A model generated the notes under the pieces. That model was not told the DNA's origin. It searched no databases and saw nothing but the letters and a program-made list of their open reading frames with translations. A stretch of DNA of 64,000 nucleotides. It comes from Mobula hypostoma (Eukaryota). Positions 1 through 12,456 of the stretch are shown in pieces. Position 1 is the stretch's first letter. Every line of letters starts with the position of its first letter. The stretch lies in contig NC_086109.1 in assembly GCF_963921235.1 (NCBI RefSeq), positions 4,094,001 to 4,158,000 on the forward strand, in the 5' to 3' direction. The translations under genes were made by a program, and so were the position numbers.

Positions 1-678
1 TGCGTCCGGTGCTCCCGATGTGGCCTTTTATATATTGGTGAGACCCGACGCAGACTGGGAGACCGCTTCGCTGAACATCTACGCTCTGTCCGCCAGAGAA
101 AGCAGGATCTCCCAGTGGCCACACATTTTAATTCCACATCCCATTCCCATTCTGACATGTCTATCCACGGCCTCCTCTACTGTAAAGATGAAGCCACACT
201 CAGGTTGGAGGAACAACACCTTATATTCCGTATGGGTAGCCTCCAACCTGATGGCATGAACATTGACTTCTCTAACTTCCGCTAGGCCCCACCTCCCCCT
301 CGTACCCCATCTGTTACTCTTTTTTATGCACACATTCTTTCTCTCACTCTCCTTTTTTTCCCTCTGTCCCTCTGAATATACCTCTTGCCCATCCTCTGGG
401 TCACCCCCCCCCCCCGTCTTTCTTCCCGGACCTCCTGTCCCATGATCCTCTCGTATCCCCTTCTGCCTATCACCTGTCCAGCTCTTGGCTCTATCCCTCC
501 CCCTCCTGTCTTCTCCTATCATTTTGGATCTCCCCTTCCCCCTCCAGCTTTCAAATCCCTTACTCACTCTTCCTTCAGTTAGTCCTGACGAAGGGTCTCG
601 GCCTGAAACGTCGACTGCGCCTCTTCCTATAGATGCTGCCTGGCCTGCTGCGTTCACCAGCAACTTTGATGTGTGTTG
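1..678 (+). mobile_element. Penelope-like element, 3' part (GIY-YIG endonuclease C-terminus, 3' UTR/pLTR)
   Basis: Frame 1 reads CVRCSRCGLLYIGETRRRLGDRFAEHL...GMNIDFSNFR* (stop 283-285). It is followed by a pyrimidine-rich UTR and a hammerhead motif. Same family as 55996-57683. Confidence 0.93.
576..617 (+). ncRNA. Minimal type I hammerhead ribozyme (PLE-associated)
   Basis: tagtc-CTGACGA-agg gtctcgg cct-GAAAC-GTC-gactg. Core intact; stem I agtc/gact, stem II agg/cct, loopless palindromic stem III. Confidence 0.85.
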
Positions 679-680
679 TT

Positions 681-2481
681 GGTTAAAGTGAACGTAGGTT
701 CCTTGGAGGACAAGAAGGGGGATTTGATATTGGGTAATGAGGAAATGGCCAAGGCCTTGAATAACTATTTTGTGTCGGTCTTCACGGTTGAGGACACGTC
801 TAACATGCCAAAGAGAGATGTTATGGATGCAATGGGAGGTGAGGGCCTTGATACAATGCCTATCACTAAAGAGGTAGTGCTGTGCAAACTTGTGGGCCTG
901 AAGATAGACAGGTCCCCTGGTCCTAATGGAATGCATCCCAGGGTACTGAAAGAAATGGCAGAAGTTATAGTAGAGGCTTTGGTGATAATTTACAAAAATT
1001 TTCTGGACTCGGGGTAGGTCCTAATGGATTGGAAGACGGCGAATGTCACACCACTGTTCAAAAAAGGATGAGGGTAAAAGGCAGGTAACTATAGGTCAGT
1101 TAGTTTAACATCTGTAGTTGGGAAAATGCTTGAAGCTATCACTAAAGAAGAAAAAGCAAATCATCTGGAAAGAAATGGATCCATCAGGCAGACGCAGCAT
1201 GGATTCAGCAAAGGCAGGTCCTGTTTGACAAACTTACTGGAATTCTTTCAGGATATAACGAGTGCAGTGGATAGAGGGGAACAGATGGATGTTATTTATT
1301 TGGACTTCCAGAAGGCTTTCGTTAAGGTGCTGCATAAAAGACTTATCCATAAGATAAGGATGCATAGAGTTGGGAGTGATGTATTAACATGGATAGAGGA
1401 TTGGTTAACTAATAGAAAGCAGAGAGGTGGGATACATGGGTGTTACTCTGGCTGGCAATCAGTGGTGAGTGGTGTGTTGCAGAGGTCAGTGCTGGGCCCA
1501 CAACTGTTCACGATATACATTAACGATCTGGAAGAGTGTAGATTATCCAAGTTTGCTGATGACACTAATTTGAGTGGAAAAGCAAATTGTACAGTAGATA
1601 CTGAGAGTCTGCAGAGATATATAGATAGGTTAAGTGAATAGGCAAGGGTCGGGCAGATGGAATACAATGTTGGTAAATGCAAGGTCATCCACTTTGGAAG
1701 GAAAAATGGAAGATCAGATTATTATTTAAATGGTTAAAAATTGTAGCATGCTGCTGTGCAAAGGGACTTGGGAGTTTTTGAGCATGAATCACAAATGGTG
1801 GGTTTGCAGGTGCAGCAGGTTATCAAGAAGGCAAATGGAATGTTGGCCTTCATTGCCAGAGAGATTGAATTTAAGAGCAGGAAGGTTATGTTGCAATTGT
1901 ACAGGGTACTGGTGAGGCCACAATTGGAATGCTGCATGCAGTTCTGGTCTCCTTACTTGAGGAGGGATATACTGGCTTTGGAGGCAGTACAAAGGAAGTT
2001 CACCAGGTTGATTTCAGAGATGAGGGGGTTAGACTATGAGGAGGGATTGAATCGTCTGGGACTGTACTCACTGGAATTTAGAAGAATGGGAGGAGATCTT
2101 ATAGAAACATATAAAATTATGAAAGAGATAGATAAGATACAGGCAAGAAAGTTGTTTCCACTGGTAGGTGAGACTAGAACTTGGGGACATAGCCTCAAGA
2201 TTCAGAGGAGAAGATTTAGGAAGGAGATGAGGAGGAACTGCTTTTCCCAGAGAGCGGTGAATGTGTGGAATTCTCTGCCCAATGAAGCAGTGGAGGCTAC
2301 CTCAGTAAATATATTTAAGACAAGGTCGGATAGATTTTTGCATACTAGGGGAATTAAGGGTTATGGGGGAAAGGCAGATAGGTGGAGATGAGTCCATAGT
2401 CAGATCAGCCATGATCTTATTGAATGGCGGAGCAGGCTTCACGGGCCAGATGGCCTGCTCCTGCTCCTAATGTTCTTATGC
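681..2481 (+). mobile_element. CR1 LINE, degenerate ORF2 (RT) and 3' UTR
   Basis: SPGPNGMHPRVLKE, QHGF..GRSCLTNLLEFF, YLDFQKAF, KFADDT and RPQLE.C.QFWSP motifs are broken by stops and frameshifts. Ends in a short ttcttatg tail. Confidence 0.95.
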
Positions 2482-3000
2482 TCAATGGGACATGACGGAT
2501 TTCAGCTGACAGGATACGGAGAGGCACAGTTCGCAAGGAGGCACAGCGTGCCCGTGAACAGACCAAACCCTGGGAAGGAACATGGCTGTTTGGGGAACAG
2601 TCTGTAAAACACACAGAGTACTGTGATTCAGAGTTCAGCAGTAGGAAGGAAGTGTAGAAAATGTACAAGCACCAGGGGAAAGAAAATCAATCAACACCTC
2701 CATGCAGGAATTAATTGGACTTTCCCCATAATTGTAACACTTTATACCACACTCTGTTAACGTTTTTCTCTTGTGTTATATCCACGTACAGGTATGATTA
2801 AAATGAACTGTATGGAAGGCATGCAAAGACAAAATTTACCACTGTACACGTAACAACTACTCTGAACAACAAAGATTTTGCTTCCTGAATACCTTTGGGT
2901 GTACCTTATGTTTTTGGGCAGCTGATCATGAAAAGTCACCACAAAATTTCCCTATCACGCACAATTTATTTGAAATCACCCATATTTGTTATTTCAATTT

Positions 3001-3297
3001 ATAACTCAAGTCCGAATAACTGATGCCAAGATTAAGGAAGGCATTTTTGTTGGTCCACAAATCAATCAGATCATCAATGACAGGCAATTCGAAGAACTTC
3101 CAGTGGGACTGGAGAAAATTGTGCGGAAGCCATTCAAAGAAGTTGTTGAAGTTTGTCTTGGTAACTACAGAGCACCAATCAACGTGCAGCTGGTTGACAA
3201 CATGGTTCAAGCATAAAAAACCAACATGTCACTAAAGGTTCATTCTTTGCATACTCATTTATACTTCTTCCCTGCAAATCTTGACACTGTCAGTAAC
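3001..3297 (+). mobile_element. Chapaev (CMC)-type DNA transposase fragment
   Basis: DAKIKEGIFVGPQI...LGNYRA...LVDNMVQA and MSLKVHSLHTHLYFFPANL match recalled Chapaev3-type transposase motifs. Disrupted. Confidence 0.7.
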
Positions 3298-4304
3298 GGG
3301 CCTAACACCTGTGTAGTGCTCATCTTATCTTGTGAGACTGGTCGCCACACTGTTTTTGAGAAAATCAAATTACATAGCACCACACTAGGTGCTAGTAGAC
3401 CATCAGAAGCTCTAGGTATCGAAAGGAGGTAATGAATAGAAAACACACACTTCTAGAAGTAAATTTGTTTATAAAAATAGAAATAATAACAATTCAAAAT
3501 TCCAACATTCTGTTTCGGTTCCAAATCTCAGATGTTAACAAAAATAAAATTCCTTTTTAGTTAGAATCAGTGAGATTCATAGAATAATCTTTGTTACTGC
3601 AATTTCTCTAACTAATTAGGTTTAGTGTTATTCCCTAGTTAAAGGTTTATAGACTAACCTTTCCTTTTTATCTATCCCTAGTAGTTAAGAACAGGAATTC
3701 AATTACTTTCCTAAATATTATGGTTAACTTCAGTTTCATTTTCAGGTTAGTGTCTACAAATTCAAATTCAACACCCCACCCCCAATAAATTATAATATAA
3801 TATATACATATATACATACACATACAGCTTACCTCCCTTCACAACAAATTCTCCAACATCACAACTTTTAAACAAAGTAAATCTTATTCAGTCACTTATC
3901 GAAGTCTTTGCAATAATAATCAGTTCTTCCAGAAAATAAAATTCAGATCCTTCGAATGAGAAATAAAATTATACATCAGACCATATCAAATGTTCTACTT
4001 CTTGAAGCACTCTATTCCTGTGCAGGCTCTTTGATGTTGGGTAGCTCGCCATCTTGTTTCTTGGTTCATTGGATGAAATGGTGGATCATCAATTTGCAAT
4101 ACTTACACAAAACAAACTGACCTGTATACAACAGGATTACAATCTGTAAGTTCTTATACACATTCTATTTTCTATTTTAAAATAACTCAATATCACATAT
4201 TTCCAAATGTTTCTCATTTACCACACTACTGAATATATTTCCCACACAAATTATGCACTCACTCAGAACAGTAACAGTGGTTTAACTCACCAAATGATTT
4301 AACA

Positions 4305-4430
4305 GAACTGAAGAGTCTCGGCCTGAAACGTCAACTGTACTCTTTTCCGTGGATGCTGCCTGCCCTGCTGAGTTCCTCCAGCATTTAGTGTGTGTTGCTT
4401 GGACTTCCAGCATCTGCAGATTTTTTTTCT
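4305..4430 (+). mobile_element. PLE terminal fragment with partial hammerhead
   Basis: ctgaagagtctcggcctgaaacgtcaactg...gctgagttcctccagcatt...ccagcatctgcaga. Confidence 0.75.
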
Positions 4431-7400
4431 TGTTAGTTATTACTAACACATCATTTGTGTTACTCTGATTGGGTTCTAATGTAAGAAAGTCCATGCAGAC
4501 CAGCTGTAAGGGTCGAGTAGTCACAATATTCACTAACAGAGCAGTTTTCTTAGGCAAGGTCTTTCTTCTTATGCATCGGCTGCATGTTTTAATCTCGTGT
4601 TCCACATCAGCAGCCATCTTGGGCCAAAAGATTCAGCTTATGACTAAATTCAAGGTCCAATCAATACCCAAGTGGCCAAAGTCATCGTGAAGACTCTGAA
4701 GTACATCAGACTGAAACTTTTCAGGTAATATAAGCCGATATGTTGTTTTATCTCTGGTTAATCTTTTCCTGTAGTGAATTCTGTCTTTTAGCTCTCGACA
4801 ATCCCATTCTCTGAGAAGGTAGCATAGCCTGGGGATTGTGTTCCTCACTGAAGGGGATGGTTTTTCTCCATTCCTGTCTGCATGATGACTTCCCTCATAT
4901 ATGGATCAGCTAACTGGGAGTCTGTAATCTCAGCATCAGAGAGATGAGAAGTGACTGGTAATCCCCCACACTGATCTTCTTGTGCATAACTGTCAGGTAC
5001 AGCACTGAATGCATCGTTAAGGAGACGACAAATGCAATGGCGGCGTCTGTGGTAGACTCTGTCTGTTAGATAAGACGACTCTCGCACACAGCTTGCACAA
5101 TGTCAGCGTTGGCTTCACCCGGGTCGCCTGATGGCTGTCAGTGAACTTCAAAATGCGTTCCTGCTCTTTCCGGGGCGAGAGATCATCTTGTAGTCCTCCA
5201 CGTGGTCATCGGGTCAGCGCATCAGCAGCATTGTTCAGCTTCCTGGACCTATATTGCAGCTTAAAATGATCAGTTGACAGAGCAGCTAGCCATCTGCATC
5301 CAGTCCAGCATTCAGGGGGTTACTCTCTGTTACTACAGTAAATGAACTACCATTTAGATAATCATGACATTCTTCACTGTCTATTCATTTTAGGGCTGGG
5401 AAGTCTATTTATGGGCGGGATGTCATGATTCACTATGGGAGAGTCTCCTAATGGCATAAGCGATGACCCTAATGGTGCACGGCCTGTTCTTGGTAGAGGG
5501 CATCCCCCAAACAGGCAGTGCTGGCGACTGTGTATAAAACGTATGGCAGCACAGGATAAGCAAATGCCAGCCCTGGAGCAGATGAAAGTTCCTTTATGAT
5601 TAGATCAAATGTTTCTTGACATGCAATGGTCCACCTGCCTCCGAATGGGTCTTTCGGATGATGATACTGGCTACCATTCTTCACCTTGCAGCTCTTTCTG
5701 GTAGACGGGTACCCCGGCTTAACTCTTCACGAAAAATCATTGATAAATTGGCGGTAATATCCCAGAAATCCAAGGATAGACCTCAATTCCTTCTGATTCC
5801 TGGGAATCGGCCAGGTTTTGACCGCCGCTATCTTGTCAGAGTCAGTTTGAACACCTTGATGAGACACTCACAACATGCTGGAGGAACTCAGCAGGTCAGG
5901 CAGCGAGACACAATATATCCGAGGTATTTGACTGAGGTCTGTGCAGAAACACATTTTCCTGGAGCTAGCTTCAGACCGTCCTCTCTGAGTCGATTCAGGG
6001 CTCTCATAAATGATACTCATCCAAGACTTTCAGGAACACGATGATGTCGTCAATGAAGACAAGGATTTCCCTCGGGTTCATATTAGCCGTACATTTCTCC
6101 ATGAGTCTCTGAAATGTGTTTTGCTTGTTTATAATTCCCTGCGGCGGTCTACTAAATTTATAGAATCCAATAGGTGGTTTTAAGCTCATTGGCTTCTTCA
6201 AGCTTTCTCTGGTCATAACCAGATTTTACTTCAAGAACTGAAAACCATTTGGAACTGGTCAAAGCCATAAAAGTGACTTCAAGCTCAAGGAATGCATAGG
6301 CATCTTTAATTGTCTGTTGGTTTAACTTCTGATAATCAATATACAAGTGGACATCTCACCACAATTAAAGAAGAAAAAGAGGACTCACACTCTTTCATCA
6401 CTCCTGCATTTAGCAGTTCTTGGAAATGCTTCCAAACAGCTTCTCTATCTTCTGCGTGTACACAACGAGGTTGGTGTTTGAACGGTGTTTCATCAGTAAG
6501 GTTGCTTTGATGGTTCACTTTGTCCATACATTCGAAATCTAATGAATGACATGGGAAAACATCAGTGATGTTCGCTCACCTTCCACTCAGTGGGGCAGGA
6601 GCATCACCAAAGTTAATCTCTGGGCTTGACATCTGAGTGGATTCAGACTCACTGGAATTTTTATTTGGTGGTTCTTTCAGAAGTACAGGTTGTACTGAAT
6701 ATAGTTCAGCTATAACGCACCTGGGAGGGATCATGATAGCACGTGCTGTAATATTGGAGACTACGACAGGCAAGTGACAATGTTGCTCGTTTTCCAAAGT
6801 AGCTGAGCAAGTCTTTACTACAAGTCCTGCAGGCAAGGGAGAAGAAAATGCATGTTCCACAATAGCCCGTTTATCAGGGTTCAGTGTTCTGATTGTGATT
6901 GACCCACACAAGTCTAGAGACTGCTCAGCTGGAATTTTTCTAGGGTCCTGCCAGGTACTCTGACCAGCTAAACGTTTCCCTCTGTAGTCTGTCCTTGTCA
7001 CATTTGTAAAACTTCCAGGACTTGCTTGTAGCCAAACTTGGGAGAGAATTTCTAGCTTCTTTGCAGCTTGGAGTAGTCTATATTCAACTCATCAAGGGTA
7101 CTCATGCCAAAAAACACCACAGGCTGTGAACGTAGAGACATCTGAAACAATCAATGCCAGAGTGGGAACCTCTGTAACCATTCCCATAAAGTTTTTTGGG
7201 AACGTAGCATTGACTTTTACATATCCCAGATATGGGACAGCTCGTCCATCAGCACCCTTCACTTCCAACAAGTTAGTGAGAGAATGAACTGGTAGGTCTG
7301 ACAAGTTGTGATCATAGTAGGATACAGAAATGGTAGTGAACTGGGATCCTATATCAAATAAACAATTATATTTTGTACTGGCTAGGTTTACTTGAGCAGT

Positions 7401-8805
7401 ACACACTGTGCTGATTAATCCCTTAGGTAGGTTGAAGGACACACTAGAGGCAGGAAACATGTTCCCGATGTTGGGGGAGTCCAGAACCAGAGGCCACAGT
7501 TTAAGAATAAGGGGTAGACCATTTAGAACGGAGTTGAGGAAAAACTTTTTCACACAGAGGGTTGTGGATCTGTGGAATGCTCTGCCTCAGAAGGCAGTGG
7601 AGGCCAATTCTCTGGATTCTTTCAAGAAAGAGTTAGATAGAGCTCTTAAAGATAGCGAAGTCAAGGGATATGGGGAGAAGGCAGGGACAGGGTACTGATT
7701 GGGGATGATCAGCCATGATCACAGTGAATGGTGGTGCTGGCTCGAAGGGCTAAGTGGCCTACTCCTGCTCCTATTGTCTATTGTCTATTGTTAATAGTCT
7801 GTCTTCCAGACTTAGTTTCACCAAGCGAGATCGTGGAGCTTTTGGGACATGTTTTGCCAGCATCACTCCCTGGTTGCCCCACCACAGGAACCGCTCCTAG
7901 TTTAAAATGAGACTTAGGAGAACCATGACGTGACTCCCACCCACTCCATCTCTTTTCGAGCTGTCTTCTTTTTTCTACTACTAATGCAGGATTGGGTTCC
8001 TAGCAGCAGGAGCTGGCTATGTGCCCATCTTCGCCACATTTAAAACTGCACCAAGGTTTTGGTCTGACACTTGGCTGCTTGTTGGTGGTTGTGGGCTCTT
8101 GTTTATCTCTTGTGTCAGCCTTTCCTTTTCGTGGCGTATCGCTTGCTGTCTTAGAGCTCACTTTTACCTTCTACTGTTTTGTGGTTACAGTCTTGGAAAC
8201 TCAGCAATTTGTTTAGTCAGTTGAGAAGTGACTGAAGTTGGCTGTGCTACATCATCCTCCTTACAGGCACTTGCAGTCTGAGACTGTAACAGCACGTTGT
8301 TTCACTGTTCCTAAATGCGGTTTCACGCGTGCGATTCTGGAAACATGCTTGTGTTCCTCGGTCCATAGGAATGGCAACAGCTCGGTAAACGATGGTGGGC
8401 TTTTGTGTTTATTTTTGTTCCTGCTGCAGCTCTAAGATCAGGGAACGGTTCCAACATCTCCGACAAAACTGCTTTAAGAGATGCTTGTTAGCCTCAGTTT
8501 TGGCAGCTCCACCTCGCTTTACAGTCAGTGTCAACGCTACCTGTCGCCACTGTAGGAAGGCAGAGGGTTTTTCACCTGTGTTCTGTAATGTGTTCATGAA
8601 TTTGGTGAGTAATCCATCACCGCCTTCCACAGTGACAAAAGCTGAATCTGGGAGTTGTATGCAATTAGTGGGTGAAGCTCCAGGGCTTATTGACTTGATG
8701 ATATCAGAAGCTGGTGAAAGAATACTTGCAAGCATTTTCCATGTTCTATGAAGATCGAACACACTTGAGCCTTGCAAGAGCAAATCATCAGCAAATCTCA
8801 TAATC
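4431..8805 (-). mobile_element. Degenerate Gypsy/Ty3 LTR retrotransposon internal region (gag-PR-RT-RH-IN)
   Basis: PNMA-like gag (8409-8801), protease CLFDIGSQFTTI (~7330-7370), RT YIDYQKLN/KWFSVLEVKSGY/FIDDIIVF, RNase H (~5200-5600), integrase HDDFGHLG, CSRC and LVCMDFL. Domains are in Gypsy order. Confidence 0.92.
7435..7790 (+). mobile_element. 5'-truncated CR1 inserted in Gypsy
   Basis: ESRTRGHSLRI...NFFTQRVVDLWNALP with a (ctattgt)n tail. Interrupts the gag-pol junction region. Confidence 0.9.
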
Positions 8806-10883
8806 CGCCTTCAAGTCAGTATTTAGGTGCAGCTTTGGCAGCAATTACAGCCTTGAGTCTACGTGGCTAGGTCTCTGTCAGCTCTGCACATCTGGACACT
8901 GTACTTTTTCCTCATTCTTCTTTACAAAACTGCTCAAGCTCTGTCAGATTACATGGGGATTATGAATGAACAGCCCTTTTCAGCCCAGCCACAAATTCTC
9001 AATGGGATTGAGGTCTGGACCCTGACTTGGCCAGTCCAAAACATCAACTTGGTTGTTTTTAAGACATTCCTGTGTAGCTTTGACTTTATGCTTGGGGTCA
9101 TTGTCTTTCTGGAAAACTAATCTTCTCCCAAGTAGCAGCTCTCCTGCAGACTACATCAGGTTTTCCTCCAGGATTTCCCTGTATTTTGCAGCATTCATTT
9201 TTACCCTCTACCTTCACAAGCCTTCCAGTGAAGCATCCCCACAGCAAGATGCAGCCACCACCATAATTCTTGGTAGGGATGGTGTGTTTTTGATGATGTG
9301 CGGTGTTTGGCTTACTCCAAACATAACGTTTAGTCTGATGGCCAAAAAGCTCAATTTTGGTTTGATCAGACCTTAGAACCTTAGAATCAGTCATTGAAAG
9401 TGGGTATGCAGATATAGCAGGCGGTGAAAAAGGCGAATGGTATGCTGGCATTTATAGCGAGAGGATTCGAGTACAGGAGCAGGGAGGTACTACTGCAGTT
9501 GTACAAGGCCTTGGTGAGACCACACCTGGAGTATTGTGTGCAGTTTTGGTCCCCTAATCTGAGGAAAGACATCCTTGCCATAGAGGGAGTACAAAGAAGA
9601 TTCACCAGATTGATTCCTGGGATGGCAGGACTTTCATATGAAGAAAGACTGGATGAACTGGGCTTGTACTCGTTGGAATTTAGAAGATTGAGGGGGGATC
9701 TGATTGAAACGTATAAAATCCTAAAGGGATTGGACAGGCTAGATGCAGGAAGATTGTTCCCGATGTTGGGGAAGTCCAGAACGAGGGGTCACAGTTTGAG
9801 GGGAAGCCTTTTAGGACTGAGATTAGGAAAAACTTCTTCACACAGGGAGTGGTGAATCTGTGGAATTCTCTGCCACAGGAAACAGTTGAGGCCAGTTCAT
9901 TGGCTATATTTAAGAGGGAGTTAGATATGGCCCTTGTGGCTACGGGGGTCAGGGGGTATGGAGGGAAGGCTGGGGCGGGGTTCTGAGTTGGATGATCGGC
10001 CATGGTCATAATAAATGGCGGTGCAGGCTCAAAGGGCCGAATGGCCTACTCCTGCACCTATTTTCTATGTTTCTATGTTTCTAACCTTCTTCCAGCTGAC
10101 TTCAGAGTCTCCCACTTCTTCCAGAAAACTCTAGCCGAGATTTCCTGTGAGTTTTTTTCAACAGTAGCTTTCTCTTTGTCACTCTCCCATAAAGCTGTGA
10201 CTGGTGAAGCACCCAGGCAACAGTTGTATGCGCAGTCTCTCCCATCTCAGCCACTGAAGCTTGTGACTCCTCCAGAGTTGTCATAGGTCTCTTGGTAACC
10301 TGCCTTACTTGTCCCCTTCTCGTACGGTCACTCAGTTTTTGAAGACCGCCTGCTCTAGGCAGGTTTACAGCTGTGCCATATTCTTTCCATTTCCTGATGA
10401 TTGATTTAACTGTACTTCAAGGGATATTCAGTGACTTGGAAATTTTCTTGTATCCATCTCCTGACTTGTGCTTTTCAGTAAGCTTTTTGTGGAGTTGCTT
10501 GGAGTGTTCTTTTGTCTTCATGGTGTGGTTTTTGCCAGGATACCGACTCACCAGCAGTTGGACCTTCCAGATACAGGTGTATTTTTACTACGATCCCCAT
10601 TTAACTAATTATGTGAGTTCTAAAACCAATTGGCTGCACCAGTGTGGACTTGGTGTGTCATATTAAAGGGGTGAATACTTATGCAAATCAATTATTTTGT
10701 ATTTTATATTTGTAATTAATTCTGATTATTTTCTAGAGATCTGTTTTCACTATGACACGAAAGAGTCTTTCTTTGTTGATTAGTGTCAAAAAAGCAAATT
10801 AATTCCACTGCAATTCAATGTTGTAAAGGAATAAAACATGAAAACTTCCGGGCTTGGGGGGTGAGTACTTTTTATAGGTACTG
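8806..10883 (-). mobile_element. Tc1/mariner transposon, degenerate, one end missing
   Basis: Terminus cagtacctataaaaagtactcacc (minus strand) next to TA at 10884-10885. ATG at 10521 gives MKTKEHSKQL..GDGYKKISKSLNIP; SDQTKIELFG and GGGCILLWGCF motifs follow. Confidence 0.92.
9383..10082 (+). mobile_element. 5'-truncated CR1 inserted in Tc1 transposase
   Basis: ORF 9424-9855 is CR1 ORF2 C-terminus with a (ttctatgt)n tail. Flanked by aacctt at 9377-9382 and 10083-10088 (TSD). Confidence 0.93.
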
Positions 10884-10935
10884 TAACTCAATATCACATG
10901 TATCTGGAAGGTCCAACCGTTAGTGAGTCAATATC

Positions 10936-11250
10936 GTGGGCACGTGACCAAATGGTTAAGGCATTCGACTAGCGATCTGAAGGTCATGAGTTCAAGCCCC
11001 AGCCGAGGCAGCGTGTTGTGTCTTTGAGCAAGGCAGTTAATCACACATTGCTCTGCGCCAACACCAGTGCCAAGCTGTATGGGCCCTAATGCCCTTCCCT
11101 TGGACACCATCAGTGTCGTGGAGAGGGGAGAGTTGCAGCGTGGGCAACTGCTGGTCTTCCATATAACCTTGCCCAGGCCTGCGCCCTGGAGAGTGAAGAC
11201 TTTCCAGGCACAGATCCATGGTCTCGCAAGACTAACGGATGCCTAAAAAA
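10936..11250 (+). mobile_element. tRNA-derived SINE
   Basis: A-box-like gtgaccaaatggtt, B-box-like gagttcaagcc, a CORE-like gtgtctttgagcaaggca segment and a short A tail. Confidence 0.8.
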
Positions 11251-12057
11251 CTCACTATCACATTATCATTTCCAAACATTTCTCCGTTGCAACACTATTG
11301 AACATATTTCACACACAAATTATACACTCGGAACAGTAAAGGTGTTTTAACGCAACAATTCCCTTGGTATGATTTAACAGAACTAATTCCCAGTTACACA
11401 GTAGAGATCTTGGACACTACTCTCTGCCAATATTGTCTCAATATAGCTGATGCTCATTATAGCCATAGCTCTCATAATTTTTTATTATATTGTCTTTCCT
11501 CCAGAGGTTTCACCCTGAGGTTTTCAAGTAAGTGGGGTAGAAATACTAACTACTAATTCTGTTTTCAATAATTTTTATCTTTAGTTAGTCTCTGTAGTTT
11601 GCTGCATTTCTGTCGGCCCCATCACCTCGTCAGCCAAGTTGTTCTCAAACAACTTTTTTTTCAAGTTCCTTTTTTTTTATTCAGTAAACATCATTTTCAC
11701 CCGTGCACAGGTGGAGCTTTCTAACATTACATCTTTGAGTTTAATTAACCTGAGTTACATGAGCACAGTGAAAGGTTTCACCAGGACATTGCGGTCATGG
11801 AGAAACGATATCAGGGAAACGGGAATCCATCAACACTGGCTGATTATTGTTGGACACTTAAGTGAGAAGCCTCAGACACTGAGTACAAATGAAAATCACC
11901 AACAGAACATTTTTAGTTTAGTTTGAATTGCAAATCAATTCAAACCATTACGCAATTAAATGGAGGGGAAGGCCCCGAATCCTCGGCTTTGCCTGTTGCT
12001 TGGCGGCCGGGGCCAGGGTCGAAGCGCTCAGCAGAAGGGATACCAGGCTGGAGAAGA

Positions 12058-12333
12058 GAGAGGATCATGGGACAGGAAGCTTGGGGAGAAAGAGAAGGGG
12101 GGGAGGGCCTCCCCCTTTTGCCAATCAACTTTCCAGCTCTTAGATCCACCCCTCCCCTCCTATCTTCTCCTATCATTTCGGATCTCCCCCCTCCCCCTCC
12201 CACTTTCAAATCTCTTGCTATTTCTTCTTTCAGTTAGTCCTGATGAAGGGTCCTGGCCCGAAACGTCGACTGTACCTCTTCCTAGAGATGTTGCCTGGCC
12301 TGCTGCGTTCACCAGCACTTTTTGTGTGTGTTG
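12058..12333 (+). mobile_element. PLE 3' end with inverted 5' segment
   Basis: 12058-12108 is the reverse complement of the PLE UTR. 12109-12333 is in direct orientation and matches ~455-678. Confidence 0.85.
12231..12272 (+). ncRNA. Minimal hammerhead ribozyme
   Basis: tagtc-CTGATGA-a-ggg tcctgg ccc-GAAAC-GTC-gactg. Core intact; stem II is a variant (ggg/ccc) of the 576-617 copy. Confidence 0.85.
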
Positions 12334-12456
12334 CACTAACTTCTATGCTAGCATGCCAGTTTTCCATGTTCATTTCATTGGCTTTGTATCTGTACTCGGC
12401 ACAATGACAATACAGTTGAATCTAATCTAATCTATATTAATGCTCCTAAGGGTCCA

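Noticed and set aside
79..936. 285-aa minus-strand ORF
   Set aside because: Antisense read-through of the PLE end and CR1; no independent protein signal.
10936..11010. tRNA gene
   Set aside because: tRNA-like head continues into a SINE body; the same applies to the V-SINE heads.
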